Notes under the pieces: generated by a model
Database searches by the model: none
The model's input: only the letters and a program-made list of their open reading frames with translations
Told to the model about the DNA's origin: nothing
Shown here: positions 1 through 11,800 of the stretch, piece by piece
Numbering within the stretch: the stretch's first letter is position 1
Layout: every line of letters begins with the position of its first letter
Origin: Takakia lepidozioides
Lineage: Eukaryota > Plantae > Bryophyta
Assembly: GCA_030704615.1 (NCBI GenBank)
Contig: CM060731.1
Location: 78,616,001 to 78,680,000 of the forward strand
Direction of reading: 5' to 3'
Length of the DNA: 64,000 bases
Position numbers and translations under genes: made by a program

Positions 1-142
1 TCAGCAGCTAGAGCAGAGGCTCGCTGCCATGGCTACAGCTCAGGCGGTACCGGCTCCCAGGCGGGATGGTCCACCTCCTCTCCTGAGGGAGGAGATATGG
101 GAGGCATGGGATTCATGTGCGGAGCAGCACTACCACTAGCAG

Positions 143-1417
143 GTGGAGTCTGCTGCAGCCGTGACTCGAGGAGCAGCACGAGTTCCTGAGCCACGAGGTG
201 CAGAGGTGGAATTGGATCCACAGCGTGGGGAGGCAAGCCGTCAGGCGAGGCTTCCTCAGTCATTCACATTGGCGGAGACAGTGTCGACGCCATCCATGGC
301 ACCTAGTTCTCGCCCGACTATTACCGAGGCGGAGGTTACTATGCCATTGGGGAGAGCTACACGTGCAGCACTGACACCTGCTACCAAGGCTAGTGCAGCC
401 GGTGTGTTATTGGGGGCAGCCACCTCTGTGTGTCAAGCCCCACTGTTCTCGGCAACCATGATTGCGACGCCGGGGGTAAGACCAGCTGCAGTGTTCAGAC
501 TAGCAGCAACACTCTGTGAGAGTGGGGAGGTCACTTCATCTTCTGCGGAGTTAGTGGAAGGTGTAGTGGCAGAGGGATCCTCGGATTTGAGGGTCAAGAC
601 TGCCACGGCTGCGCCATGGCAAGCTGCAGCTGCCAGGTTGACGGAGCTGCCAGCTAGGCCAGCCTTTGAGCGCGCCATGGTGACACCTGGAGTTGTCTTG
701 TTAGACAACCAGGATGACATTTTCTCTTTGAGTGGACCGGCAGGCAAGAAGTACCGGCCACTGCGGGTCTTGTTGGACTCGGGAGCTCAGCCACTGATGT
801 TGGGCAGAGCTGCTATTGCAGGTTTGGGCCTCATGGAGGCGGATATGGAGCCTTGTCCTTTCCAGATACAGACATCTCTGGGAGGATCAGAGCAGGCTCG
901 GGGCATGACACGGCGTGAGTTGGCCATTAGACTGCAGCCGGATCATCCTATAGATGGCTCAGTGATGCGAGCCAAGGCCATTGTGACAGACGCGGTCTCT
1001 TACGATGTCCTCGTTGGTGGGGCAGTGTTATATCCCATGGGCTTCACCCTGGACTTTTGGGAGGAGTCAGCATCCTACAGGCCTGGATGGCAGTCAGGGG
1101 ATGGTCGTCGTGCACAGCTCCCTGTGACATTCATTGGGGGTATTGCGGCTGCCCAGCGGGGCAAGATGCCAACACTAGCCGCCTTTACAGCTGCAGTTAG
1201 TTGGCCTGGAGAGTTGCTGGAAGGCAATGCCCATGCAGAGGATGTGCCACCTCCAGCAGAGCAGGATGACATGCATGGTACGGCGGAGTTGCCTGCCATG
1301 GTTGCTCACACTCCATTGTGGGGTACGAGCAAGGATTTGCAGCAGGCTGCTGATGGACGGGTGCAACAAGCCTGGGTAGAGGCCTTCGTACCGTCAGAGA
1401 AGAGGAGAGTGCGGTGA
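143..1417 (+). pseudogene. Gag C-terminal region plus aspartic protease of DNMT-Gypsy copy 1
   Basis: RVLLDSGAQPLMLG active site and DVLVGGAVL second protease motif. A 1-nt shift at ~1395 relative to copy 2 breaks the fusion to the MTase. Confidence 0.85.
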
Positions 1418-2734
1418 TTGCACCAGGACCACCTCAGTTGTCGCCATTGGACACCACACCTCTTGTGTGGCAGTGCCCGGATGAAGGCATATGCCTTCTG
1501 GACTTGTTTGGCGGGATCAGCACTGGATTGGCTGCAGTACTGCAGGCAGGTGTACGAGTTCGACGTTACCTGTATGTGGAGAGGATGAGACTGCACGACG
1601 CGTCTCACTGCGCCAGTTGCTCAGTTGGTACAGCAGTACCCTGATTTGTTGCCAGTGTCTGCAGTTCGTGGATACCAACAAGCCTTGCCAGCAGACATTT
1701 CGTTGCTGGGGGCGCAGGATTTGGAGCAGGTTGGCTCCATTGATCTGGTAGTGGCAGGTTGGCCCTGCCAAGGGCATTCATCAGCCGGGCATGGCAATGG
1801 ATTGCGAGACTCGAGGACGGGTCTGTTTTGGGAGATGGTGCGGATTTTGCGCCACTTGCAGCTTCATCAAGCTGTATCTCCAGCATACATCTTGGAGAAT
1901 GTGCCACTGATGGGTGATTCTCGGGCCAGGGTGATGGCCAGTGTGCATCAAGTCCGGTCGTGGCTTGGGTCAGCAGTGTTGCTGGATGCAGCTGCAGTGG
2001 GGTCACGGGCTCATCGTCCACGGCTATGGTGGACTAACTTGATGCCACCCGCACTGCTCAAGCGTGCATTTGATGGGGTGCAGCGGCCAGCACACCTCAC
2101 AGTGGATAGCATTTTGGACACAGGGAGGCAGTCTCAACGTGTGAGACACGATGACCGTTCGCCTTTGGCAGTGGTCAACAGGGTGGGTCAACCACGAGCA
2201 GCATTACCTACACTGCTCAGCTTCCCAGGATCCCATGCTTTTCGGGATGGTGGACCTGGCCTCTTGTGGGATAGCCAGTTGCAACAATTAGTGGAGCCCA
2301 ATGCTGACGAGCGCGAGCGGGCGATGGGTTTTACCACTGGTACCACGGCGGTGCCATCTCTTTCTGAGGCATCACGTCGTCAGGTGTTGGGGCAAGCAAT
2401 GGATCTCAATTGCTTGACCTGGATTATCAGCTTGGCTATGGCTGAGCAGCGCAGAGTACGGAGTACACTTCCCTTCATGGTCTCCCTGCCTACCGAGACG
2501 GTACAGGCAGCGAGTGGGGGCGAGCAGGTGAGGACCACGAGGTGCAGGCCGCATCCATGGCACACGTGGGAGGTGCTCGAGGTTCAGAAGGAGTTGGCAG
2601 CCAAGGCGGCGGTGATGGATCAGGTTGGGGATTTTTCTCGGATTGAGGAGGTCCTCAAGGATGGGATGATGGGGCAGGATGAGACATTGTCACTGACAGA
2701 GGCAGTGGTCACTGCTCAAGAGGTTGCAGCATAG
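1414..2734 (+). pseudogene. DNMT3-like DNA (cytosine-5) methyltransferase domain, with single-base frameshifts near 1585-1625
   Basis: Motif I LDLFGGISTG, II YVE, IV AGWPCQG (catalytic Cys codon 1766-1768), VI ILENV, VIII RAHRPRLWWTNL (DNMT3 has AAHRARYFWGNL), X GQAMD. Confidence 0.9.
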
Positions 2735-2740
2735 CAACCA
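2732..2740 (+). promoter_or_regulatory. Putative programmed stop-codon readthrough site TAG-CAA-CCA
   Basis: In-frame TAG between the MTase and RT ORFs (same frame, no further stop to 2861). Identical at 12021-12029 and 58027-58035. Matches UAG-CAR-YYA. Confidence 0.75.
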
Positions 2741-5737
2741 CGGGACGCGTCTTCTACCTCTAAGCCTGCTGGACTCAAGGTTGCAGTCACGGAGGACAAC
2801 TGGGAGCCTGATGTTGGACCTATAGTCACCGGAGGAGAGAGACGACGTATACGGCGGTTCTTGAGGGCTTACAGGAACTGCTTTGCCTTCAGTTTGAAGG
2901 ACTTAGGAGCACTGAAGGGTCAAGAGATTCGCATTGAATTGGCTACTGACACGCCAATCTTTCGGAGACCCTATAGATACAGTGACATGGAGAGGTCCTT
3001 GATTCAGATGAGAACTCAGGACCTTTGGGAGGCTGGTTTGGTGGAGCTATCTTGGGGAGAGTATGCTTCAGCCACAGTGATGCCAGCCAAGAAGGATGTC
3101 TTTGGCAATTGGACGGAGAGACGTATGTGCGGTGATTACCGGCCTGTAAATCGTCAGACCAAGTCCGATAGGTATGCCATGCCAACACCAGAGGAGATCT
3201 TTGATGCCATTGGGCATGCCAAGGTCTTTAGCACGTTGGATTTACGATCCGGATATCACCAGTTGCCGATCAAGGAGGCGGATAAGCAAAAGACGGCATT
3301 CTGGGGGATCAATGAGCACGGGAAGGAGTGCCTATACCAGTGGAAGAGCATGAGAGACACCTTCAGGGGGTATTTGAGCGCTTGAGGGCGCACGGATTGA
3401 AGTTACATCCGGGAAAGTGCAAGTTTTTCCACAACCAGATTGAGTATCTGGGTCACATGATATATCCTGGAGGATTGGGGGTACAGCAGACTAAGGTAGA
3501 GTCCATTGCACAGGTTCCACGCCCCACGGATGTGAGCCGAGTTCGAGCTTTCATGGGGTTAGCAAACTATTATAGACGGTTTGTTAAGGGATTTAGTGCC
3601 ATTGCAAAGGCTCTAACCAAGCTGACCAAGGTGGACCAGGAGTGGCAGTGGGAAGATGAGCAAGAACAAGCTTTTCAAGAGCTCAAGGCGAGGTTGACCT
3701 CGGCGCCCATCTTGAGACGACCTATCAGGGGGCGTCCTTTTCAGCTGCATACAGATTGGAGCATGCTGGGGCTTGGAGCGGTGCTCACACAGGTGGATGA
3801 TGAGGGAAGAGAGTTCGTAGTGGCTTATGCTAGCCGCTCGAACAACATTGCAGAGTCTAAGTATAGCTCATATGAGGGAGAATGCTTAGCTGCAGTGTGG
3901 GCCGTGGCACACTTCAGGTGCTATCTATACGGCAATCTCTTCACCCTTGTCACGGATCACCAACCACTCAAGTGGTTGATGGAGTCAGACAAGCTTACGG
4001 GGAAGCTTGCACGGTGGGCACTCATCCTTCAAGAGTATGACTTTCAGGTGGTGCATCGACCGGGTTTGGTCAATCGCAATGCAGATGGGTTGAGTCGCAA
4101 TCCATGCACGAGCCAGCAAGATGACACTGGAGCTCGGTGGCATGGTGAGACGGACGAGGAGATGGTGCCCGGATGGCATGCATCTGCATTTCTGTGTATC
4201 TTGGCAGCGGAAGGCCAGGTTGGACCTGCAACAGGGATGACTGTAGATCAAGTGTCTGAGGACCCTGAGGCCAGCAATGAGCAAGGTGGCGCCAAAGATA
4301 TACATGAGGATTCAGTTGTGTTGGACTACCTCCGCACTGGAGACACTGCAGCCACTGTGACTGCCAAGGAGAGGGATCGGATCCTACAACGAGCCAAGAG
4401 GTTCAAGTGGGAGGGGACACACCTGCTCCGAGTGTGGGAGGATGGTCGAGTGAGGATTGTGCCTCACCCAACACAGCGGGCACGGTTAGTGCGGCATGCC
4501 CATGAGGAGTTGGGGCATTTTGGGGTGCGACGCACTCATAGTCTACTGCAGGGGCAGTATTGGTGGCGTGGTATGCACACAGAGGTGCAACAATTTGTGG
4601 CTAGGTGCATGGTGTGTGACAGGGTGCGTGCTTCATTCAACGCCCCTACTCCACAATTGCACCCTCTTCCGATCATGGGATTGGGCTACAGGTGGAGTCT
4701 TGACTTCGCAGGGCCGTTGCCACTGACCATGCGCCACAACAAGTACGTGTTGGTGATGGTGGAGCACTTCTCCAAGTGGATTGAATTGGTTCCATTGCCT
4801 GATAAGGCTAGTGAGGGAGCTGCGTATGCATTCTTGGATTGTGTGCTTAGCCGATTCGGTGCTCCAGCTGAGGTACTCACGGACCAAGGGAGAGAGTTCT
4901 TGGGGGAGTTTCAGGCTTTGTGTGACAAGCCTTGATAGACCACCGCACCACTTCTCGGGATCATCCTGAGGCCATGGCTTGGCAGAGAGAGTTGTTCAGA
5001 CAGTAAAGAGGGGTTTGCGCAAGTATGGCTTGCAGAAGGGACACCTAGGAGATTGGGACCTTCAGTTACCCTGGTTAGCCATGGGCTACAGGTTCAGCAA
5101 GCAAGCATCACTTGCCTCCTTCTCACCATACTTTCTTCTCTTTGGCCGAGAGCCGGATTTGCCTACATCCATTCGCAGAGAAGCTGCTACAATTCTTAAC
5201 CTTGACGATCCGGACGTGTGGGCACGTGCATGTGAGCAGCGTGTAGAGTTGTTCAAGAAAGTCATGCCCATGGCTTTTGAGAACCTTGCCATTGCACAAC
5301 ATCGTGATACGTTGAGGTATGCTACCATATGTGGTGGGGGCTATCGTCCTGGGTTTTGGAGATTCAACCCTGGTGACTATGTCTATCTGCAGCAGACTGC
5401 TCCTACGACATTGGATGTGACTGCAGGACGTGTTATTTTGAGGGTTCGAGAGGTTTTGCCCTCAGGCGTGGTCTTGGAGGGTCGGGATGGCATAACTTGG
5501 AAGGACCATGTGCGTAATTGTGCGCCATGTCACCTTCCGAATATCGATGGCAGGATTGACCCAAACCTGACAGTGGTATCTGCAAGTTTGAAATGCATGT
5601 TGTGTGGGTATGCTAGAGGGGCAGCCACCATGCTGGTGTGTGATCGATGCTCTAGAGGTTGGCATATGGGATGCTTGACTCCACCTCTTGAGATGGTTCC
5701 TGCTAGGGATTGGTTATGTCCGCATTGCATTGGATAG
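2735..5737 (+). pseudogene. RT-RNaseH-integrase-PHD of copy 1; RT palm deleted
   Basis: A ~127-nt deletion at 3343/3344 relative to copy 3 removes the PFGL and YIDD region. Frameshifts near 4930-4975. PHD: CMLCGY..MLVCDRCSRGWHMGCLTPPLEMVPARDWLCPHC (~5594-5729). Confidence 0.9.
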
Positions 5738-5997
5738 TGGGAGTGGATACAACCATGGGAGGCTAACAAGAAATGCAAGGTTAAGCTACTAGGAGACCTT
5801 GAACACACGAGATCCTGGCTCAAGTTCACAGATTGCAAGACGGCGACTAACGATGGGGCTACTCTTATACCCGGCCTCTTGGTCTACAGAGTTTGAGTAC
5901 AACATGGACAGTGATAGAGGACTTAGTACGGCTGTGGCTATTACATCTTGTAGCTATCTGGAGTTAGAGGGACCTATCCACCATCTAGGGGGGCGAT

Positions 5998-6523
5998 TGT
6001 GGCAGACTACTTTATTGTGCATATATGTGTGGTGTGGTTTGGACAGCGATGTAGTTGTGTAGCGATATGTATGCGCACGACAGCTATCAAGTTAAATAAA
6101 CACAGTGTGAAACTAACTAGAATAAAACTAGTTATTTGTATTTAACACTTGGATTTAGTTCAAGTGTTAAGTCAGGTGTCAAGTTTGAGCTTGACACCTG
6201 AACCATCTTATCTTCACGAGAGCGTCAGTTGCGCAGCTCATCCTTCTCGAGTTGAGCCTGCGCGACCGAGCTCCCTCATGCTTTAGAAGCTGAGTATGCT
6301 TATGAAGGGATGATAGGTTGTTGTGGGGTGGAGTCCCCATAGCTTGGGGTGCCCCTGGCTCGACTACTATTTTAAAGAGTGATGGTGTTGGTTTCCATGT
6401 TTCTTGTGTGAACAGTGTGTCTTTTAGTTTTATATCATTGTGGCAGACTACTTTATTGTGCATATATGTGTGGTGTGGTTTGGACAGCGATGTAGTTGTG
6501 TAGCGATATATATGCGCACGACA
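5998..6523 (+). repeat. 3' terminus of copy 1: 85-bp direct repeat (5998-6082, 6439-6523) flanking a hairpin-rich 356-bp spacer
   Basis: Both copies run TGTGGCAGAC..GCGCACGACA with 1 mismatch. The last ~60 bp match the copy 3 terminus. Confidence 0.85.
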
Positions 6524-7197
6524 CCCTGTTTGAATGCTGTAATGTGCTTCATTCTATGTTTGTGCGTGCACTCAGCCTTGCAGAGTTGTCCGACGAGGAA
6601 ATGTTGGGAGACTTGCCCGAATCGGACCCTGTTGCAGAGGAGGAGACATAATCGCATCGGCCATTCTTTGCCAGAAAATCGTTTCTTGCGAGTCCCCAGA
6701 AGCCTTTTTTTCTTCCAGCCTATGCAGACACGGCTGCCAGAGAAGCCATCAGGAGGGAGGATAGGCCTACTTGGTTTGAGCAATTGATATTCGGGAATGA
6801 GCACAGAATTATAATGAGGCGTGAGGCCAAACATAGAATTGTGAAAGGCAGAGTAGGCAAGTTCGTCATAGAATCCGCGTCCGAGAGCGAGGGGGATGAT
6901 GAGGACAGTTCCGCACCCAGGTGGACAGTTCCGGCTGGTGAGGATGGTATTTTTGAGGGGAGGGCTTCTCAGAGTAACAGCGGTAGCGGCAGTGCACGTT
7001 TGGAGGCAGGTGGAAGGCAGCCATCCTTGCATGAGGCCGGGGATGCATCGGACAGTGATCGCGGATCCTCACCATAGCAAAGACTCATTTGGATCCTTTT
7101 GTTGTACAGTTCTCAAACACTTAATGAAAATATTGACGATTTCAAGCGGGAACTTGAAGCCATGAAAACCCTGCCGTTTCTAACATTCCTATTGGGA

Positions 7198-7477
7198 ATT
7201 TCTGCGCCAAAATAGCCCAGTGTGCGCCTTCATAATATGGGCCTTATAAAATTCCACGAAGGAATTACTGCACCAAAATATCACGATGGAAGCCTTCAGC
7301 ACAAGGCACTTCAGCACATTCCACTAGGGTATTTCGGTGCCGAAATAGCCCCCTTTGCGCCATAAAATATCGCAGTATATCACATTTTAAGAGGAGATTT
7401 CGGCACCGAAATACCCCGGTGGATGTCTTCAAAACACCACTTTAGCACACTGCTCTTGGGAATTTCGGCGCCGAAAT
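7198..7477. repeat. Array of five palindromes ATTTCGGCGCCGAAAT (variants) at ~66-bp period
   Basis: Cores start at ~7198, 7264, 7331, 7397 and 7462; a further partial copy lies at ~8706. Confidence 0.8.
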
Positions 7478-7826
7478 ACCAAGGTCGGTGGTTTTAGGAC
7501 GGCGGTGGTTTTAGCACAATTTCTTCCCGTAATGTCGTGGCACCTTCTCTGTCGAGCCCCTTCTAGCCCCACTCATTTTCGATCGCCTGTGTGGGTAGCC
7601 GTTGCTGGCCAATGGGGGCACGTATTGCCGTTGCCCCAGAGAAGATCACCTGAGAAGGTTTTCCGCATTGGGTTTTCAATGTTTGCATCTCCATGTTTAA
7701 AAACAACAGTGATTACTTGTCCCTCTCCATTCCTGGTAGGCGCACACTTCCTCAATGCCGCCCTGTGTAAGTCCCTTTTGCATTCGACGGAGCAGGATTG
7801 GAGGATCGCGATTGCGTGAGCCGGTG

Positions 7827-8475
7827 ATGGGAGACATTATGGTGGAGTTGGATTTCAGTGAAGGTACACGCAGGGTGACGAGTTTCCGAGCACTTCTGTG
7901 GGATTCTCTTTGGGTGAGGCCTGCCAGTGGACAACAGTGGATACTTGTTGTGCGAGATAGACCTGGAAGACGGAGTGTTCGTCTCTTCATCATGAGATGT
8001 TGCTGCGGCGAGTTCTAGAGGTCTTACTACCATAACTATACTGGACCTCCACAGTATTTGCTCCCGGATAGGGCTCTTGAGTTGCTCACTCACTCTTCTG
8101 GGCCAGGGAATATATTGTTGATACTAAGGGAGAATCGGAACAGGTTTGTCCTAGATGTTTGCGAATTTCACGACGCTGTGGAGGAGGTCCCAATAAGAGG
8201 CCTCCAATATCTGCATGTTTTCACGAACGTGACCTCTATAGATATCTTGTATCTTTATGTTCGCCATCTTAATCCAGAAAACGGTAATGCGCAGTGGACG
8301 AGTACCGCGCTACTCCTAATTCTGGACCTGTGGTTCGACGACTCGGTGGTTCGTGTTGTGAATGTCAACGCAGCAGCATAGCGCGGCAAGGATCATTGTG
8401 GAGGGTGATTGGAGGGCACAGGCTCCAGGATATGGTCGTTCCACAGGTTTCTTATGCCGCAGTGGTATTTCTGAT
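7827..8475 (+). pseudogene. Degraded ORF of unknown function within an unclassified insertion (~6524-8880)
   Basis: Adjacent in-frame ORFs 7755-8018 and 8058-8381 separated by stops; no recognisable motif. Confidence 0.3.
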
Positions 8476-8820
8476 GATGGAAGCTCGGAGTAGTCGCTGT
8501 ACAAAATAAAAATTTGTGGTTGCCTGATGTTTTTATTTCGAGCGTCATATCAATGTGGGCTTGATGTTGAGTTGAATGGGGTTTGCAAATTCAACTGTCG
8601 TCTGATCCTGAATGTATTACCTTGTCAGCACAATGGCTTTGTGAGGGCTACAATTTTGTGTCTCTTTCATGTCCTGCACAATGTTTTATAGTGGTGACGT
8701 GGAATAACGGCGCCGAAATATCTCATTCCGCATCCTGGACCAGGAGAAACAGACCCTATTACCGAGGTAAGAGGACATAACACCGTCAATAAATGCACGA
8801 AAATTCCAATTCCGCGGATG

Positions 8821-8870
8821 CCCGCTCATGAGCTCGTAGGCTCATGGGCTTATGGGCTCATGGGCTCATG
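8821..8870 (+). repeat. Short tandem repeat (GGGCTCAT)n at the junction with DNMT-Gypsy copy 2
   Basis: cccgctcatgagctcgtagggctcatgggcttatgggctcatgggctcatg. Confidence 0.7.
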
Positions 8871-8880
8871 AAATAGTAAA

Positions 8881-11800
8881 CCTCCACAACTACAGTGTGG
8901 GCATTGTGGCAAGTATGGGCATGAGGAGGCCCATTGTTATGACTTGCATCTTGAGCTACGGCCAAGCCAGTTCCAAGGGAACAATGGTGGCCGAGGACGA
9001 GGAAATGTAGTCCAGAGAGGTAGAGGAGGCAGAGGTTGCGGTGGAGGTCGTAACCAAAACCAGGGAGCACAAGGTCAAGGTCAAGGTCATGACCAAGGCA
9101 TGGTGGATAGGCTTGCCCAGCTAGAGCAACGTCTTGCTACCATGGCCATTACTCATGTTGCGCCAGCTCCAAGGCCTGAGGTTCAAGCCCCACCTGCACA
9201 ACCTCCTATGCCTAGGGAAGACCAGATTGGTATGGGCTTCATGTGTGGAGCCGCACTTGTAGGACCATTGCATGTGGACTTTGCAGCTGCTGTCACTCGA
9301 GAAGCAACACGTGCTCCTGAGCCAAGAGGAGCAGATGTGGATTTTGATCCACAAAGGGGGGAAGCAAGTCGACAGACAAGGCTTCCACAGTCTTTCACAT
9401 TGGCTGAGACAGTGCCAACTACGCCATCGATGGTACCCGCTCGCCCCAAGTGTGTCAGAGGTAGAGCCACGAGTGCCATTGGGGAGAGTTGGTGTGGCTC
9501 GGGATATGCTAGTGGGTGGTGCTGCAAAGCAAGGTGCAGCTAGTACATTGTTGGGGGCAGCTACGGCAATTTGCCAAGCTCCATTGTTTTCTGCCACGAC
9601 AATTGCAATGTCGGGGATGCGGCCAGCTGCAGTGTTTAGACTGGCAGCTGCACTCTGTGAGAGTGGTGATGCATCGGCACTATCTACGGGGATAGCAGAT
9701 AAGGTGCAATGCATGAATGCCCTGGATTCAAGGGTGAAGACAGCCACAGCTGCGCCATGGCAAGCGGCAGCTGCAAGGTTGCAGGAGTTGTCAGCTAGGC
9801 CAGCCATTGAGCGCGGTATGTTGACTCCTGGGGTAGTCCTGGTGGACAATCAGGACGGTGTGTTTCAGTTGGGTGGCCCAGCCGGGAGGAGGTATAGGCC
9901 ACTGCGGGTCTTGTTGGACTCGGGAGCACAACCATTGATGTTGGGAAGAGCAGCAATTGCAGGCTTGGGCCTTACAAAGGCGGATTTGGAGCCTTGCCCT
10001 TTCCAAATTCAAACATCTTTGGGCGGTTCAGAGAAGGCACGAGGGATTACACACAATGAGCTCTTTATTCAATTGCAGCCAGATCATCCTACGGACGGCT
10101 CAGTCATGAGAGCTAAAGCCATTGTTACGGACACGATGTCTTATGATATGCTTGTTGGTGGGGCGGTGTTATACCCCATGGGATTCACTCTGGACTTTTG
10201 GGAGGAAACGACATCCTATAGGCCGGAATGGCAGTCAGGAGATGGCCGACGTGCACTGTGTGGCCAACGAGCGCCTAGGGCGGGCCGTGAGGAGTCGTAG
10301 CGGTTGGGGCCACGGAAGGCCGCGAACAGTTAGCCAGTGCGGTTTATTGGGAATGTAGCGGTGGATCATAGGAACATGATGCCCACATTGGCTGCATTTT
10401 TCAGGGGTGGTGGCTTGGGGTGGTGAGCTCTTGGAGGGCAATAGCAATGATGATAGGCCATCACGTGATGAGGACAAACAATTGGCATACAAGGCTGATT
10501 TGCTTCCTCATGTGCTTGTGCATATTCCACTGTGGGGTACGGTTGGGAATTTGCATCGAGTAGCAGGCGAGTGTGTGCATCAAGCATGGCAGGAGGCCTT
10601 TCCATTGGTCAGTGAGGGGAGTTTAGTGACATCACCTGGACCTCTTGAGTTAGCTCCTTTGGACACACTGCCCATTACCTGGCAACCACCTGACTCGGGG
10701 ATTTGTTTGCTAGACTTGTTTGGAGGCATGAGCACTGGGCTTGCAAGAGTATTGCAAGCAGGGATGAAAGTACGCAAGTACTTGTATGTGGAGAAGGATG
10801 AGATTGCTCAGCGTATTTCCATGCGCCACATTACCTTGCTCACACACCAGTATCTTGAGTTGTTGCCTCTCTCAGCAATTCAAGGGTACCAAAAGGCCTT
10901 GCCAGCAGACATTACCTTGCTGGGGGCGGATGATTTGGGCCGGCATGGTGCAATTGACTTGGTGATAGCGGGATGGCCTTGCCAAGGACACTCTCCCGCA
11001 GGTCATGGAAATGGCTTGCATGATGCACGATCGCATTTATTTTGGGAGATATTGCGAATGTTGCGGGACTTGCAGACGAGGCAAGTGCAACCTCTAGGCT
11101 ATATCTTGGAGAACGTTCCTCTTATGGGGGATTCTCGGGCCAGGGTTATGGCCAGTGTGCATCAGGTGTGGTCTTGGATTGGATCGGCGGTGCTATTGGA
11201 TGCAGCAGCGGTGGGATCACGCGCGCATCGACCTCGATTGTGGTGGACCAATCTTACACCACCAGAGCTGCTCAAAAGAGCATACAATTCCATTCAACGG
11301 CCACCCAATCTCACGGTTGAGGGCATTTTGGACCAAGGGAGACAACCACAGAGGGTGCGACATGATGACCGTCCACCTCTGGCGGTGGTCAATCAAGTGG
11401 GGCAGCCACGTGTGGCCTTACCTACATTCATGAGCTTCCCCTCGTCTCATGCTTTCCGAGACAATGGTCCTGGGTTGATTTGGGACAGTGTGCTACAACA
11501 ATTGGTGGAGCCCAATGCGGATGAGCGAGAGCGGGCAATGGGTTTTACCACGGGCACTACAGATGTGTCAGCTCTGTCAGAGGCATCACGCTGCCAAGTG
11601 TTGGGTCAAGCAATGGATCTAAATTGCTTGACATGGATAATTGGCTTGTGCATGGCTGAGCAACGGAGATTGCAAGCATTGGTGACTACTTCTGCACTCC
11701 CATTGGATAGTGCATCCTCCCTGCCAACCGGGACGGTTGAGGCAGTGAGTGGGGGCGAGCACATGATCGTGGGTTGCAAACACCCATGGTAGATGTGGGA

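Larger units (their letters stand above)
1..6082 (+). mobile_element. Ty3/Gypsy retrotransposon carrying a DNMT3-like methyltransferase and C-terminal PHD finger (copy 1; 5' end outside window)
   Basis: Ordered ORFs: protease (LLDSGA), C5-MTase, RT ([15 protein letters not shown]), RNase H (TDWS, ECLAAVWAV, TDHQPL), integrase (H..GHFG..C..C, LDFAGP, TDQGREF, AERVV), PHD. Purine tract CTAGGGGGGCGA at ~5985-5996 is followed by a TGT..ACA terminal segment. Confidence 0.93.

Noticed and set aside
1-6523. DIRS/Ngaro element (MTase plus split repeats)
   Set aside because: It has a protease, a DDE integrase and a PPT, no tyrosine recombinase, and the MTase is C5-type.
7198-7477. CRISPR-like repeat-spacer appearance
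   Set aside because: Spacers resemble each other, repeats are degenerate 16-mers, there are no cas genes and the context is eukaryotic.
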